Below, piece by piece: positions 36,201-48,035 of a DNA stretch of 64,000 nt. This DNA is from Torpedo marmorata. Lineage: Eukaryota. Within the stretch, counting starts at the first letter, position 1. Each line of letters opens with the position of its first letter. A program made the position numbers and the translations under genes. The notes below the pieces were generated by a model. It made no database searches. It worked only from the letters and a program-made list of their open reading frames with translations, and was not told the origin of the DNA. Location of the stretch: assembly GCA_977017645.1 (NCBI GenBank), contig OZ360245.1:38068001-38132000 (forward strand), read 5' to 3'.

Positions 36201-38294
36201 CTTTAAGTCCCATTTGTGCTTTCTTTTTATTTAAAGTCACCATTTGCTGTTCGGCCATTGGAAATTGCATCTGAAAAAAAATCAAAGCCTCCTGGTATAC
36301 ACCTCTCAATCTTTCAAACCATAGCCTATTCTGACATTTAAGGTGAGATGTGTGGTTGCGTTTTTCATTGCATTTAATATAGTGACAACTGGTCCTAACT
36401 CATGCAGTGCAGGAGTAATTAGTGTCATTTGATTAAATGCATCTCATTGAAGACAAAAACAAATTACAATAGCACTGTCATCTGAGACAGAACCCTCCTC
36501 TCAGCATTCTGGATGTATTTGCATGAATTGCTAGTAGGAGATTAAATTGTTCCTATTTGAAGATTGCTTTATTTTAAGTTATCCCGGTTGCCACCTTTGA
36601 GACTGAAAGCCCAGTTTGTTTCCCACAGAAATGTACTGCTTGCAATCGAGAAACAGTTAACACTGGGTCAGAAGGTGGTGGGATGTTAACGGAATTAAAG
36701 ACAAATAGCTTTGTATGGTTTACTCTTTCACTGTCATATTGCAACTCAGCTGGAAGTTGATGATGAAAACTAATCCGTTGCTATAAAGTAAGCAGTTATC
36801 TCTGTGTTCATTGAGGTAAATCCAATCATTTAAAAGGTGGTGCCTTGCACAAGTGAAGAAAAGGCTTCAAATCAAACAAAATAAACTGTCCGTTTTTTAC
36901 AACACTACAGGCAGCCAGAGTGGAAATGATAGGGTGATTTCACTGTCAATCAAACTTGCTGAGCACACTGCTATAAGTGACAAAATTGATTTTATGCACA
37001 GAATTTTCTGGGGAAATTGCTCAGATTCTACTTGGAGAAGTTGTTGTAGCTTATAAAAAGATGTCTTAACAAAAGGAAAACATGGCAGACGCTGGAAAGC
37101 TGAAATTAAACTCAATGCAGGAAGTACTCAGCAGGTGGGGCAGCATCTTTGGTGAGAGAAGCATAGTTCATGTTGTGTCTGATTATCTCGCTATATTTGC
37201 TTCCTGACCTGCTGATTATTTTTGTGTTATTTTCTGATTGCTAATCAAATGACTTTGTGGAGTGGTGGGTTGTTTGCTTTGAGTTGCATGCCTTTCTTAA
37301 TCTTCCACTTCATTGGTTCACATTGTTCCAGTTAAATAAAAAACCCTGTCTAGAAATTAGACCATTATTATTTGGTAATGCCCAATTGCATTCCTGAAAG
37401 AACATGGTGAAATTGACAAAAACTGAGAGAAATAACATCAGGCTGATTTTCAGCCAGAACACTGGAGGGTTAAGGGCTGGGTACAGGTCAGTGGGACTAG
37501 GAAAAAAAATGGTTCAGCACAGACTAGAGGGGCTGAGGTGGCCTGTTTCTGTGCTGTAATTGTTCTATGGTTCTAACACACACTGAAAGGGATTTACACT
37601 GTTCCATACTCAGTTGCTGAAATGAGAAGGGAGTGTTTCCAATGGCAGACAAATAGCAGCGCACACCTATGATGCCATGGAAGAGAGAGGCTGCAGGTGA
37701 GAGCAGAGAAGAGAGACTGCAGGAGAGAGGGGAGGAGACTGCGAGAGGCGGCAGGAGAGAGGGGAAAAGAGAGGCTGAAAATCCCTTATTGAGTTTATGG
37801 CAGGGGAGAGGTAACAGACATATTTCGGGCCAACAGAAGTGGCGTCTGGAAGGAAGTGGCTCCAGCTGTCTCCTTCAGATATGAGAATCCCCATTCACTC
37901 CATCAATGCTGAAGTAATTTACATGCAGGAAGGGTGAGCTGCACACTGCTCTGACACTGCTCACAGGAAGCATTTCAGGAGTGGGCGACAGATGTTGATG
38001 TATCATGATCAAAGGAAGGTGTGAGGGGTCATTATGCATCATCTAAAATCTCTTGGCAGATTGCATGTGAACCAGCCTGGTTCTAAGGATTGGAATATGG
38101 AGAAACTCACTTTGGGGCCCATGGTTTTTCAGGTGGCTTCTGAAAAGTGTCTATCATGGAAATCCTAGTCTTTGCCTGTCTCCACCACACTGCTGTAAGA
38201 TGCAATGGTGTTTGCTGGGATTTTCCTTTGGTAGCCTTCTTTGTTCTCCAGCTCCACTTGCTTGACTTGGAAAGCTTAATTTGTAAATTTGAGT

Positions 38295-38560
38295 GCACAG
38301 AAACACAGGAGGCTGTAGAAGGTGGCCAGCCTAGCCAAGTCCATCACAGGCACTGGACGCCCCATCCATTGAAGACATCGACGTGTGGCGCTGCCTCAAC
38401 AAGGCATCCAACATCTTGAAGGACCCCCATCACTCTGGTCATGATCTCTTTTTGCTTCTGCCTTCAGACAGAAGCCTGAAGCCCAGTCCCTCTGGGGTTT
38501 TCAACAACCATTTGGCTCTTGAACCTCCCCAAACTGCCCTAACTATAAATTACTCCAGGA
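38295..38560 (+). mobile_element. Old Rex1/Babar-type LINE 3' remnant
   Basis: WRCLNKASNILKDPHHSGHDLFLLLPS. Confidence 0.7.
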
Positions 38561-39579
38561 CTATCAAAAGATGAGCCTACACAATTGAAATCTGCATTAA
38601 GTTTGTTTATTTATCATGTTATATCTAGTACAGTGAGGATAATTGTTTTGCGAGTAGTCTAAGAGGTCAACTCTAACATTCATGCAGGTGTTGAAAGTAG
38701 AAGAGCACAATTTACAGAGTCTTGAGTTATAATGAATAAAAGTCAATTAGTACCAAGCAACAGTGAATATTTACCTATCGTTTTTATTTATTATCTCTTT
38801 TTCTGACATAGCGAATTATGGCAAGTTAATTTATACTATTGTTGGTGTATCATTTGTACCTGTGTGGCTGCTGCAAGTAAGAATGTTGGTCACCTGCACA
38901 TTGTACTCATGTATATGACAACAACCTCTCATATCATATCCTATTCTCTGCTCTTCAGCCTCGGTGTCTGGTCCTTAAGGCACCAGGCCCACATGCTTCC
39001 TCTTCACCAGGTGCTTTCTAAATCATGTAGCACACAGAAGACAGTGGTGAAGTCTTCGCATATGCGTATACTGCAGGGCTCTCTCAGACCAATGCAGGCA
39101 CAAGAATCTCAGTCTTAGAAGAGCAGTGGGAATTGCCATGACCATTCTGGTGCTTGTATAACTCTCACTAGTGAGTAGCTGCAGAACGACTATGTATTGG
39201 AGGGAGGAGACTGGGAAGGAGTTCCTCAGGATTCATATCTCTGGGCAGTGCTGGCCGTCCAAAAGATCCAACAACTTGAGGTCTCCCTCAGCATTGAATG
39301 GATTGTGCGCTTTCGGGAAAAATGCTCCACCATCAGGAAGACCATCAAATGACCCAATCTTTCTTCATAACTACCATGGTCTTCCAACAGTACTAAATTG
39401 AATGGATATCATCCTCAATTTCAACCACAAAATTCAGAAATAACAAAGGGCAGTGACATTTAGTTTCTACGTTTGTGATTTCAGGACTGGACCAACCCCT
39501 ACGATTGAGGGAGAGTGGGGGTTAGTTTGAGGATACACCACATTGTGTTTTCCAGAATTAATGCTCTTCACTTCAAGTA

Positions 39580-39806
39580 TACGGCATGGTTAGCACAAAG
39601 CTATTACAGCACCAGCGACCCGGGTTCACATCCAGCGTTCTCTGTAAGGAGTTTGTACATTCTCCCCGTGTCTGCGTGGGTTTTCCCCGGGTGCTCTGGT
39701 TTCCTCCTACCCTTCAAAACGTACGGGGTTGTAGGCTAATTCGGTGTAAATGGGCGGCATGGCCTCTTGGGCTTGAAGGGCCTGTTACAGTGCTGTACGT
39801 CTAGTT
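39580..39806 (+). mobile_element. V-SINE/HE1-like SINE
   Basis: V-domain ggagtttgtacattctccccgtgtctgcgtgggttttccccgggtgctctggtttcctc. Confidence 0.82.
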
Positions 39807-40886
39807 TAAAAGAAAATTATAGATCTCCATGATATTTCCTGATTAACCTGAAATCGTTCTCTCATCCCACTGAAAGCTAAATAATCTGAAGGAAAATTAT
39901 GCTCAGATGGAAATAAAATGTAAACATAATAAGCAGATGTAAAAGTAGATAGGCTGATTGGTTCGAGCTTGTGGCATGCTGGCATGGGCAGAAATGGTGA
40001 GATTTGAAAATGGTTGATGGAATCCAATTTGTAGAGACTCCCATACACTGTATGCTCTTGAAATAGTCTTTGAAAGATAAAATCAGATGGGGAAAGCTTT
40101 ATTAATGAATATTGAACTAATTAGAATGAGGGAGTTAGTCACTGCGTGTTAGATAACTGTTTCACATTCACTCTTGGGATGATATAAAAATAGATAGGTT
40201 TTAAATGAATTTGGCACCTTTGATGGCTTAATCAGTTCACCAGTATAACTGTGGTCAATGAGTTAAGGCATTTACACATTAATTGATTGGAAATGCTCTT
40301 GTGTGCTCCAAGGCAATTGCTAATTGCAGCAGGTAAATGCCCCAGATCGAAGAGCGATATAATAAATAATTATGAAGTTCTGAAAAGATGGCAAGAAATG
40401 AGCTGCAATTTAAGATGGGAATTAGCAATTGATAAAACCACCCACTGAGGCTGTCTCTGTTGCCTTAAATTGCCTTTAAAATTCTTAATTTCCCAAAGCA
40501 AATAGTTTCTGCACTGAAGGATGATGGCAAGGATTAGACGTGCATCCAGTTGACATTTGCTGTGGGTGTATTTTCAGAATGAAATTGATGACCTTTGAGC
40601 TGCCAAGAATGAGGAGGTGTTAAGATCTTAAAAGTGACTGCATCTCAGCACTATTCAACATTGACAGACAGCCTGAATAACATTTTCGCCAACATTTGTC
40701 TTCCAAATTGCATAATGTAAAATATTTATAAAACATGTGTGGAAGTGAATTTAAAAGACATTTTAAAGTCACTGTTTAAAGTATTCATATTTATGCAAAT
40801 TCAGAAACATGGAGATGAAGGCAGGCGGGTGGTTGTTGGTCTGGAATCTCAGTGGTGGGATGCAGGGCTTGCCTCCCTTTTCTGGT

Positions 40887-41123
40887 AAAACACAAAAGTC
40901 TGCAGACACCGTGATTGAAGTAAAAACACAATGCTGGAGAATCTCAGCAGGTCAAACAGTGTCCTTTATATAGCAAAGATAATATAACCAACGTTTTGGG
41001 CTTGAGCCTTTCATCAAGGTATGATAAAGGACTTAAGCCCGAAGCGTTGGTTATGTATCTTTATCTTTGCTATATCAAGTACTCTGTTTGACCTGCTGAG
41101 TTTCTCCAGCATTGTGTTTTTAG
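40887..41123. mobile_element. Palindromic Penelope-terminus derivative with two back-to-back degenerate hammerheads and a perfect 14-bp TSD
   Basis: TSD ctcccttttctggt at 40873-40886 and 41124-41137; ~100-bp inverted arms meet at ...catcaaggtatgataaagg... Confidence 0.88.
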
Positions 41124-41429
41124 CTCCCTTTTCTGGTTTCTTTTATAAGCTCAATGCTGAATAGGATTTAATAGTGAAGGATGAACAAAGTTTGGAATGA
41201 TCTTGGTTTGATCTTTGTGTTTGCTAGGAGTGCAAAGCAGGATCTGGTACTTGCAGGTATCCAAGTGCGTCCAGTGTAAATTGAACCATCAATGTCAAAC
41301 CTAACAATAACAAGGGAAGTGTCAGATGTTCTGGCATTATAGATACAAATCCTCGTTCCAGGAGCCAATGAACAGTTTCAAGTAAATTTCTATTTTATAC
41401 AGAGGCTGTCCTACTTTGTAAATGTTCTG

Positions 41430-42222
41430 CTTTGCTTGAGTTATATTCTGTTTTATAATCTGGCCTCCTTCCTTGAGAAAGGATAAACAGTAAAACTCCT
41501 GTTATCCGGAATTCAAGCAACCGGCAGCCTCAAGCAACCATCAAAAAAATCACGGAAAATAAATACCGGTAGGTAAAAAATACGGCTTTAAAATTGGCAC
41601 GCCTCGCCGTTAGTTCGCCAAGCCACGCAACATGCAGTCTCAAGCAACCGGAAAATTCACTTACCCGGCATCTACCAATCCCCATAGGTGCTGGATACCA
41701 AGGGTTTTACTGTACTGGCTTTGGAGGTGGTGCAGAGGATTTTCATCAGGTTGATTCTGGAGACGTGGGGGTTAGCCTATGAAGAGAGATTGAGTTGCCT
41801 GGGACTATAATCACTGGAATTCAGAAGAATGAGGGAGACTCTTAATGAAGCATATAAATTCATGGAAGGGATAGACAAGATAAGGGCGGGAAGTTGTTTC
41901 CATTTTTAGTTGAGACTATAACCAATGGTCATAAGCCTCAAGATTCGGGAGAATAGATTTAAAATGGAGATGAGGAAGAACTGCTTTTCCTAGAGTAGTA
42001 CTGAATTTGTGGAATTCTCTGCCCAAGGAAGCAGTGGAGGCTGCCTCATTAAATGCATTTAAGGCACAGATAGATTTTTGCACATTTAGGGAATGAAGGG
42101 TTCTGGGGAAAAGGCAGGTTGGTGGAGCTGAGTCCAAGGCCAGATCATCCATGATCTTATAAGATGGCAGAGTAGGCTCGACGGGCCATATGGTCTATTC
42201 CTGATTCTATTTCTTATGTTCT
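41430..42222 (+). mobile_element. CR1 LINE 3' fragment interrupted by a MITE
   Basis: ttcagaagaatgagggagactc, gaatttgtggaattctctgccc, and tail ggctcgacgggccatatggtctattcctg. Confidence 0.8.
41488..41712. mobile_element. Tc1/mariner (Tigger/pogo-like) MITE
   Basis: Termini cagtaaaactc...gggttttactg followed by TA; same family as 45120-45334. Confidence 0.82.
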
Positions 42223-42424
42223 TTGCACAGTGGTGCCATGAGGCATTTGACTCCTTCAGATAGATCTTGTGTACCTGATCTATTCTGAGCATTGTGTTGT
42301 TAGTCAAAGTCTGCCTGGGTATTTGGGAATCTTGACATTTAACAAAGTTACACGTTCAAGTGTGAGATGTTTCTGTCATTTCTCTTTTAATTCATTCCGT
42401 TCTATTCATTTTCCATGGCTACAA

Positions 42425-42760
42425 ACTGTGTATCTGACCAGGTAGATGTTGAGATGCTTTCACTGGTGGGAGAGTGACGAACCTGGGGACATAGCTACAA
42501 GATAAGGGGCAGGTCATTTAATACTGAGGTGCATAGAAATTCCTTCTCAGAGGCTAGTGAATCTCTAGAACTCTCTGCTCCTGAGAGTGGCAGAGGGTCA
42601 GATCACTGGATATATTTAAGTCAGAGATAGATAAATATTTGAAAGGTTGAGGGTTATGAAGAACCTGGACAGAAGAGGAGTTGAGGCAATGACCGTAATG
42701 AACGGGTGGACAGGCTTGAGGGGCCTGTTGGTCTGCTTCTGTTCCTATTGTGTTCTTATG
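42425..42760 (+). mobile_element. Old CR1 3' fragment
   Basis: ggggacatagctacaagataaggggcaggtcattta...ggcttgaggggcc...ttcctat. Confidence 0.7.
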
Positions 42761-42867
42761 TACATTTTATACAAAATGGCAACAAAAATATGTAATCTTG
42801 AGTTTTTCATTGAATCCTGTGGTAATGGAAATACTGCATGGTTCTTGAAAACATAGTAAACATGAAA

Positions 42868-43132
42868 GGGCGGCATGGTTGTCGTAGCGTAGTGGTTTGC
42901 GCAACGCCTTTACAGCGCCAGCGATCGGGACTGGACCAGGGTTCGAATCCCGCGCTGTCTGTAAGGAGTTTGTACGTTCTCCCTGTGTCTGCCTGGGTTT
43001 TCTCCGGGGGCTCCGGTTTCCTCCCACCGTTCAACAAAAAAACGTACCAGTTGTGTTGGTTAATGGGGTGTAAATTGGGTGGCACGGATGCGGGGGCCGA
43101 AATGGCCTGCTACCGTGCTGTATGTCTAAAAA
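42868..43132 (+). mobile_element. Young V-SINE/HE1-like SINE
   Basis: A-box-like gtagcgtagtgg, B-box ggttcgaatcc, V-domain and CR1-type tail. Confidence 0.87.
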
Positions 43133-43253
43133 ATAATAATTTTTTAAAAAAGATACCGCTGGTCACTTTTGCACGACATAATGTCGTACAAACAAATCAC
43201 AGATCTTTTTTTCTGCTATCTTCTTGCTGTATAGAAATGGACAATTTTTGCGT

Positions 43254-43366
43254 ATACCTTGAAGAAGCTTAGGCCCGAAACGTCGGTAATATATCTTTAC
43301 CTTCTTATGGATGCAACATCTTTGTGTTTTTACTACAAGTCATATGCAGACTTTCGTGTTTCACTC
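43254..43366 (+). mobile_element. Solo Penelope terminus with a degenerate hammerhead
   Basis: ataccttgaagaagcttaggcccgaaacgtcggtaat...gcagactttcgtgtttcact. Confidence 0.65.
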
Positions 43367-43849
43367 ATTTTGGGGGATTCTGCCCAGTTTCCATTGATTA
43401 TGGTTCAGTGTGTTTCCACTAGAAAGAAGATTGTTGATAAGTTGGAGATACCAAAGATTTTTAAAAAACTGTGTTTGTAACTTTTTAATGTTTTTTTCTG
43501 TTTATTCAATCCTGGGGTTCAGATTTCGCTGGCAAATGCCTTCCTCCCTGATCGCTGTTGAGAAGGCAGTGGTATAATTAATAAATTGGAAAATTGTTTC
43601 AGAAAAAAACTCCTTGTCTAAATGACTGATAGGATATATTTTCACACAGGAAAAGTGTGAGGTATTTATAAATCTTTATAAATCTTCTTCTGTTTCGTCA
43701 GAATGGAGAGGCAGGGGCCTGCTGGAAGACATCTGTCAGATCCAGTGTCAGGATTTAGGATTGCATTTATTTTTTACTGGAAATTTTTAAGATTTGGTGA
43801 TTTATAAACACAAATAAATCCAGCAACCTGATTAGAGCAATTATAGTTA

Positions 43850-44627
43850 AACAAGAAAGTCTGCAGATGCTGTGATTGTAGTTGATACACAAAAATGATG
43901 GAGAAACTCAGCAGGTCACGCAGCGATCTTTACGTGGCAAACATACATGTGATGTTTCTTTTTATTGTAATAAAGAAACTTGGGTTCTTTTAAAACAACT
44001 ATACTTTATTAGCTATCGACTCAAGACCACGTGGAGGCATCCATCTTGAATCCAACTGAAGCTGCCACAAATTAGTCTCCGACTCCCTCTAGTGGTCAGG
44101 AGGATCACTAGCACTCTATCATTAAAATACATAACAAATGTTTCGAGCCTGAGCCCTTCGTCAAGGTATGGGCAAAAATGTTGGGGGGAGGACCACGGGC
44201 CCACAGGCCAGAGGTTATATGTGGATATGGGTGGGAGGGCAGAAGAGATAAAAGCTGTGAAGTGAGTACACATCACGTTCTGCCTGGGCACTCTCCAACT
44301 AGACGGTATTAGCATTGACTTCTCCACTTTCCATCAGGCCCCTCCACAGTCTGGCTCTCTTTCCCTATCCCTCTGTCTCCTTTCCTCCAGCTCTCCACCC
44401 CCTTCCCTCACTTCTCAGTTGTTTTTCCCTTCGGCCCTACCACCCATATCCACTTATGTCCTCTTACCTGTGGGCCTGTGCTCTTCCCCCTGCCCCTCCC
44501 CCATCATTTTATTCAGGCAACCACCCCCCCCCCCCATGCTTTTTGCTCATACCTCGATGAGGGGCTCAGGCCCGAAACGTTGGTTATGTATCTTTGCTAC
44601 ATAAAGAAGTCTGCATGACCTGCTGAG
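43850..44627. mobile_element. Inverted Penelope derivative: minus-strand terminus fused to plus-strand ORF end, 3' UTR and hammerhead (44548-44588); 18-bp TSD
   Basis: HITFCLGTLQLDGISIDFSTFH near 44270-44335; catacctcgatgaggggctcaggcccgaaacgttggttatg; flanks ttagagcaattatagtta / ttagagcaattgcagtta. Confidence 0.82.
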
Positions 44628-45119
44628 TTAGAGCAATTGCAGTTATGTTTCCTCATAAAAAAGACCGTTTTTCACAGTTAAATGCAAGAAATTGGACATG
44701 TCACAGCCTTTCTTTCTACCTTTGGTGAGACACCTCGATAGCTTGGGGAATTTGTGAACTGCTGAACAGTGATTTTCAATCACAGGGCACACTGAAGCAA
44801 AATTTCCAGACATGCACATGAGGAAACTGCAAATCAACAGAAGTTTGAATAGCAGCAGTGTGGTTGAATCTGCCAAGGAAAGTCTTGTTATCACAGAATA
44901 AAAATATTAAATTTTGTCCCTCAAGCTAACAGCATTGTTTTAATTAACATTTTTATTTAGTTTAATCCCACTTTAATCTCACAATCTTAAGAAAATTTTC
45001 AAGCAAATGTTTATTCCTTTTTAAAATAATTTTAGGTGTTTAACAACAGAAGTCTTTGGGTAATATGGAGTATAAAGTTTATATTTTGTTTTAGGTCCCT
45101 GATATATCATTTCAATATA

Positions 45120-45334
45120 CAGTAAAACCCACGTTATCCGGAATTCAAGCAACCGGCAGCCTCAAGCAAATGGTAAAAAATTGTGGAAAATAAATAGATT
45201 AAAAAAAGTTTTAAAATTGGCGCACCTCGCCGTTAGTTCGCCAATCACCCAACACGCACTCTCAAGCAACCGGAAAATTCACTTATCCGGCATCTACCAA
45301 TCCCCATAGGGGCCGGATATCAGGGGTTTCACTG
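45120..45334. mobile_element. Tc1/mariner (Tigger/pogo-like) MITE
   Basis: TA|cagtaaaaccc...ggggtttcactg|TA. Confidence 0.87.
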
Positions 45335-45419
45335 TATCTGTTATCAGCTGCTGTTACATTTAAGGTCCTTTTATAGTGAAAATTAGCGATTTGTAAAGAC
45401 AGGTTTCCTCTGCCTTTAA

Positions 45420-46215
45420 GACGCTCCACTTACCTCCATAAAAGGTCCAAAGGAGGATTGGCTGGTCCAACTTGCTCCACGTTCCCTCCTCCTAGGGCGG
45501 TAGTGTCAGAGGTGGAGTGACTTCGCTCCACCTCCTGCGTAAAAGGATTGCAGCTGAAAGCGGCTCCAAACAGGAAGGTAAGATGATTGACGTCACGCTG
45601 ACAGCCCCGTCGCCCCGCTGCGCTGTCACAGAGCGGCTGGTGGAGATGTCAGGCTGCGCTCGCTCACTCCGCCATGCTCCCTCACGCCACTCCCCCGCCC
45701 CGCTCCCTCACGCTGCCCGCTCCCTCACGCCGCCCCTTGGACCGAATGGCCATGACTCTGCAGGCTCCTGGCAGAGGCACCGCTTCATTCAACGCTGGGT
45801 GTACGGGGCTTGCAGATTCCGTGAACTGCGCAGCGGGGCTGTCGGGATGGAGCGGGGCGGTGGGATCGGTGTGGGTCTGATAGGGGGGAGATGCGGCAAG
45901 AGGAAGGGGGAATGGTAGGGAGGGGAATGGAGAGGGAGGGGAATGGAGGAGGAAGGGAGTGGGGTGGCGGGACTGTCAGGCAGCGGAGCAGGGGGGCTGT
46001 CAGGCAGCGGGGCGGGGGGCTGTCAGGCAGCAGGGCTCAGGCAGCGGGGCGGGGGGCTGTCAGGCAGCGGGGTGGCGGGGCTGTCAGGCAGCGGGGCTCA
46101 GGCAGCGGGGCGGGGGGCTGTCGCAGGGCGGCCGCTGCTATGCTGCACATCCCGCCCCCTTTTTCCCTGGGAAGCCGGCGCGCTGCTCTGGGCTACATAA
46201 AAGGACTGCGCTATC
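45420..46215. promoter_or_regulatory. CpG island / candidate bidirectional promoter
   Basis: Sharp rise in GC and CpG content; ATTGG (45457), GGGCGG, full CRE TGACGTCA (45588-95); minus-strand donor GAG|GTAAGT at 45434/45433 and plus-strand donor AAG|GTAAGA at 45577/45578. Confidence 0.6.
45961..46125 (+). repeat. G-rich minisatellite with a ~23-24 bp unit (ggggcggggggctgtcaggcagc) and shorter variants
   Basis: Read directly: five ctgtcaggcagc and two ctcaggcagc units. Confidence 0.88.
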
Positions 46216-46559
46216 CGCCTTTTCCATCCTCTGCATAAAAGGTAAATTTTCCTTTTTTTAAAAATTTGAGCAGGCGATAATGCGGCTTTTGTACATAAAA
46301 ACCCCTTGAGATTACTGTGGAGACATAGTCAGCATTGAAACACCTTTCTGACCAAGTCCAGAAGACATAGCATTCAATAAGTTGATGAGGCATTTCGGTA
46401 GACTAATCAGTAGGTAGATGTCATCTATTGGAGTTGGGCTATGTTAGTAGAGTGTAGTGTGCCAAAGTTTCACTAAGGGAAGTTCTGCTGAAGCTAGTGA
46501 GCCCAGCAATCCTCAGATGATGAGTTTTTAAAGTTAAAACATCTTCTCTTGATATCTTC

Positions 46560-46739
46560 GACACAAAAATGCTGGAGAAACTCAGCAAGTCATGCAGCGT
46601 TCTTTCTGTAGCAAAGATGAAGACACATAACCAACATTTCGGGCCTGAGCCTTGATGAAGAATGCTGCGTGACCTGCTGAGTTTCTCCAGCATTTTTATG
46701 TAAACTACAATCATGGCGTCTGCAGATTTTCTTGTTCAA
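46560..46739. mobile_element. Fold-back Penelope-terminus derivative with a perfect 17-bp TSD
   Basis: TSD cttctcttgatatcttc at 46543-46559 and 46740-46756; arms join inside hammerhead sequence (tttcgggcctgagccttgatgaag). Confidence 0.88.
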
Positions 46740-48035
46740 CTTCTCTTGATATCTTCTTGCACAAAAACAATAAACCACCGATTTTGAAAATACTCCAGTG
46801 CAGAAGAAATATTTTGCTTCAGATAGGAATTACACTTGACTTGCCGAATTTTTAAGTGTGCTCTCAGTACATGGGACAGCTTTGTTATTTTATGGTTTTC
46901 TCCTTCAAGGATCATTTAGGTCCAGAGACATTTGAGCTTTTTGTGACAGTGAGCTCCTGATTTTGCTTTGCATTCAGGTGAGGGAGCCAGGACTACAAGA
47001 AAAACAATGTGTAACCAGGTATATTTTGACCGGGAGGAAAGAACAAAGTCAAGCAATAAGAGATTGGACAGTCGGACATGGCATGATGTTAGCCTGCTGG
47101 GAGGTTGAGGTGCAACAGAAGATGATCTGTTCTGCCTGGAACACAAGGGTCTCTTCTTGTCTCCATCGTTGTTGCTTGAGAAAGTCAGATTCTCACACCT
47201 GTTAATCATCCTTCGTTCACTCATGGCCTTGTGCGTGAGATTTTATGTTCTGCAATAAAGACATTTAATTTAGATTCAGCTCCATCATAAGTAATTAAGT
47301 GGGCTGATGTGCAACCCCACAAACTTTTTTTTGTGAAGGAGTCCCTGAAAATCCTGATCCAAGCGTTTTTTACTGGCAGTTACACAATGCCGCCTTCAGT
47401 ATTGTGCAGTATTAAGATGAAAAGCGCATTGCTGCGTTCAGTTGCTTATTCTTTTCTAACATAGTTCACTGACCCAAGAATGGAAAATTAGAGCAAACAA
47501 TTCCATGGCCGTTTCTGAGACACGTTGGGCCTGACTTTCCTTCACAGAAATGCTGGAGGAACTCACCAGGTCTCACAGCGTCCATAGGAGGTAAAGACAC
47601 AAACCCTAATCTGTACCTCATTGCATTTATATTTCATTATAAATGGGAATATGGGTTAACGCAGTTTTGCCATCCAAGAGGCATTGTCACTTATTCAGAA
47701 TGATAAACAATTGCTCATATCTTTTCACTAACTTGTTGAATTCCAGAATGTTTTGCACAAACCCAGAGACTGGCCAACAACCCGAAACAAATTTAATTAT
47801 AGATCTATGACATGCAAAATTAAAGAGCTGGACTGAAATTGCAGGGGATGTGTGTTTTGTGTAATTAAATTGCACAAATGTGAAAGCAAGTTAGCAACAT
47901 TGATTTGAAACCATTATTGTTTAAGGACTGAAGGAATAAGGATCTTTTTCAAGGTGACAATCCCCTCTTATCTTTAAGGGTATGATTTGGTATAATTATT
48001 GGAATTTATTGGACCTGCCATAAAAGTAACATGCT

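Noticed and set aside
37680-37790. Purine-rich gagag/gcagg repeats with a Glu/Arg-rich ORF
   Set aside because: Low-complexity degenerate simple repeat; no evidence of coding function.
42868-42960. tRNA gene
   Set aside because: A/B-box-like head of a SINE; no complete cloverleaf.
45785-45805. miR-181-like sequence (cattcaacgctg)
   Set aside because: Only a 12-nt match, the 3' half differs, and no precursor hairpin is visible.
45517-46261. GC-rich ORFs over the CpG island
   Set aside because: Explained by low stop-codon frequency and the minisatellite; no recognisable domain.
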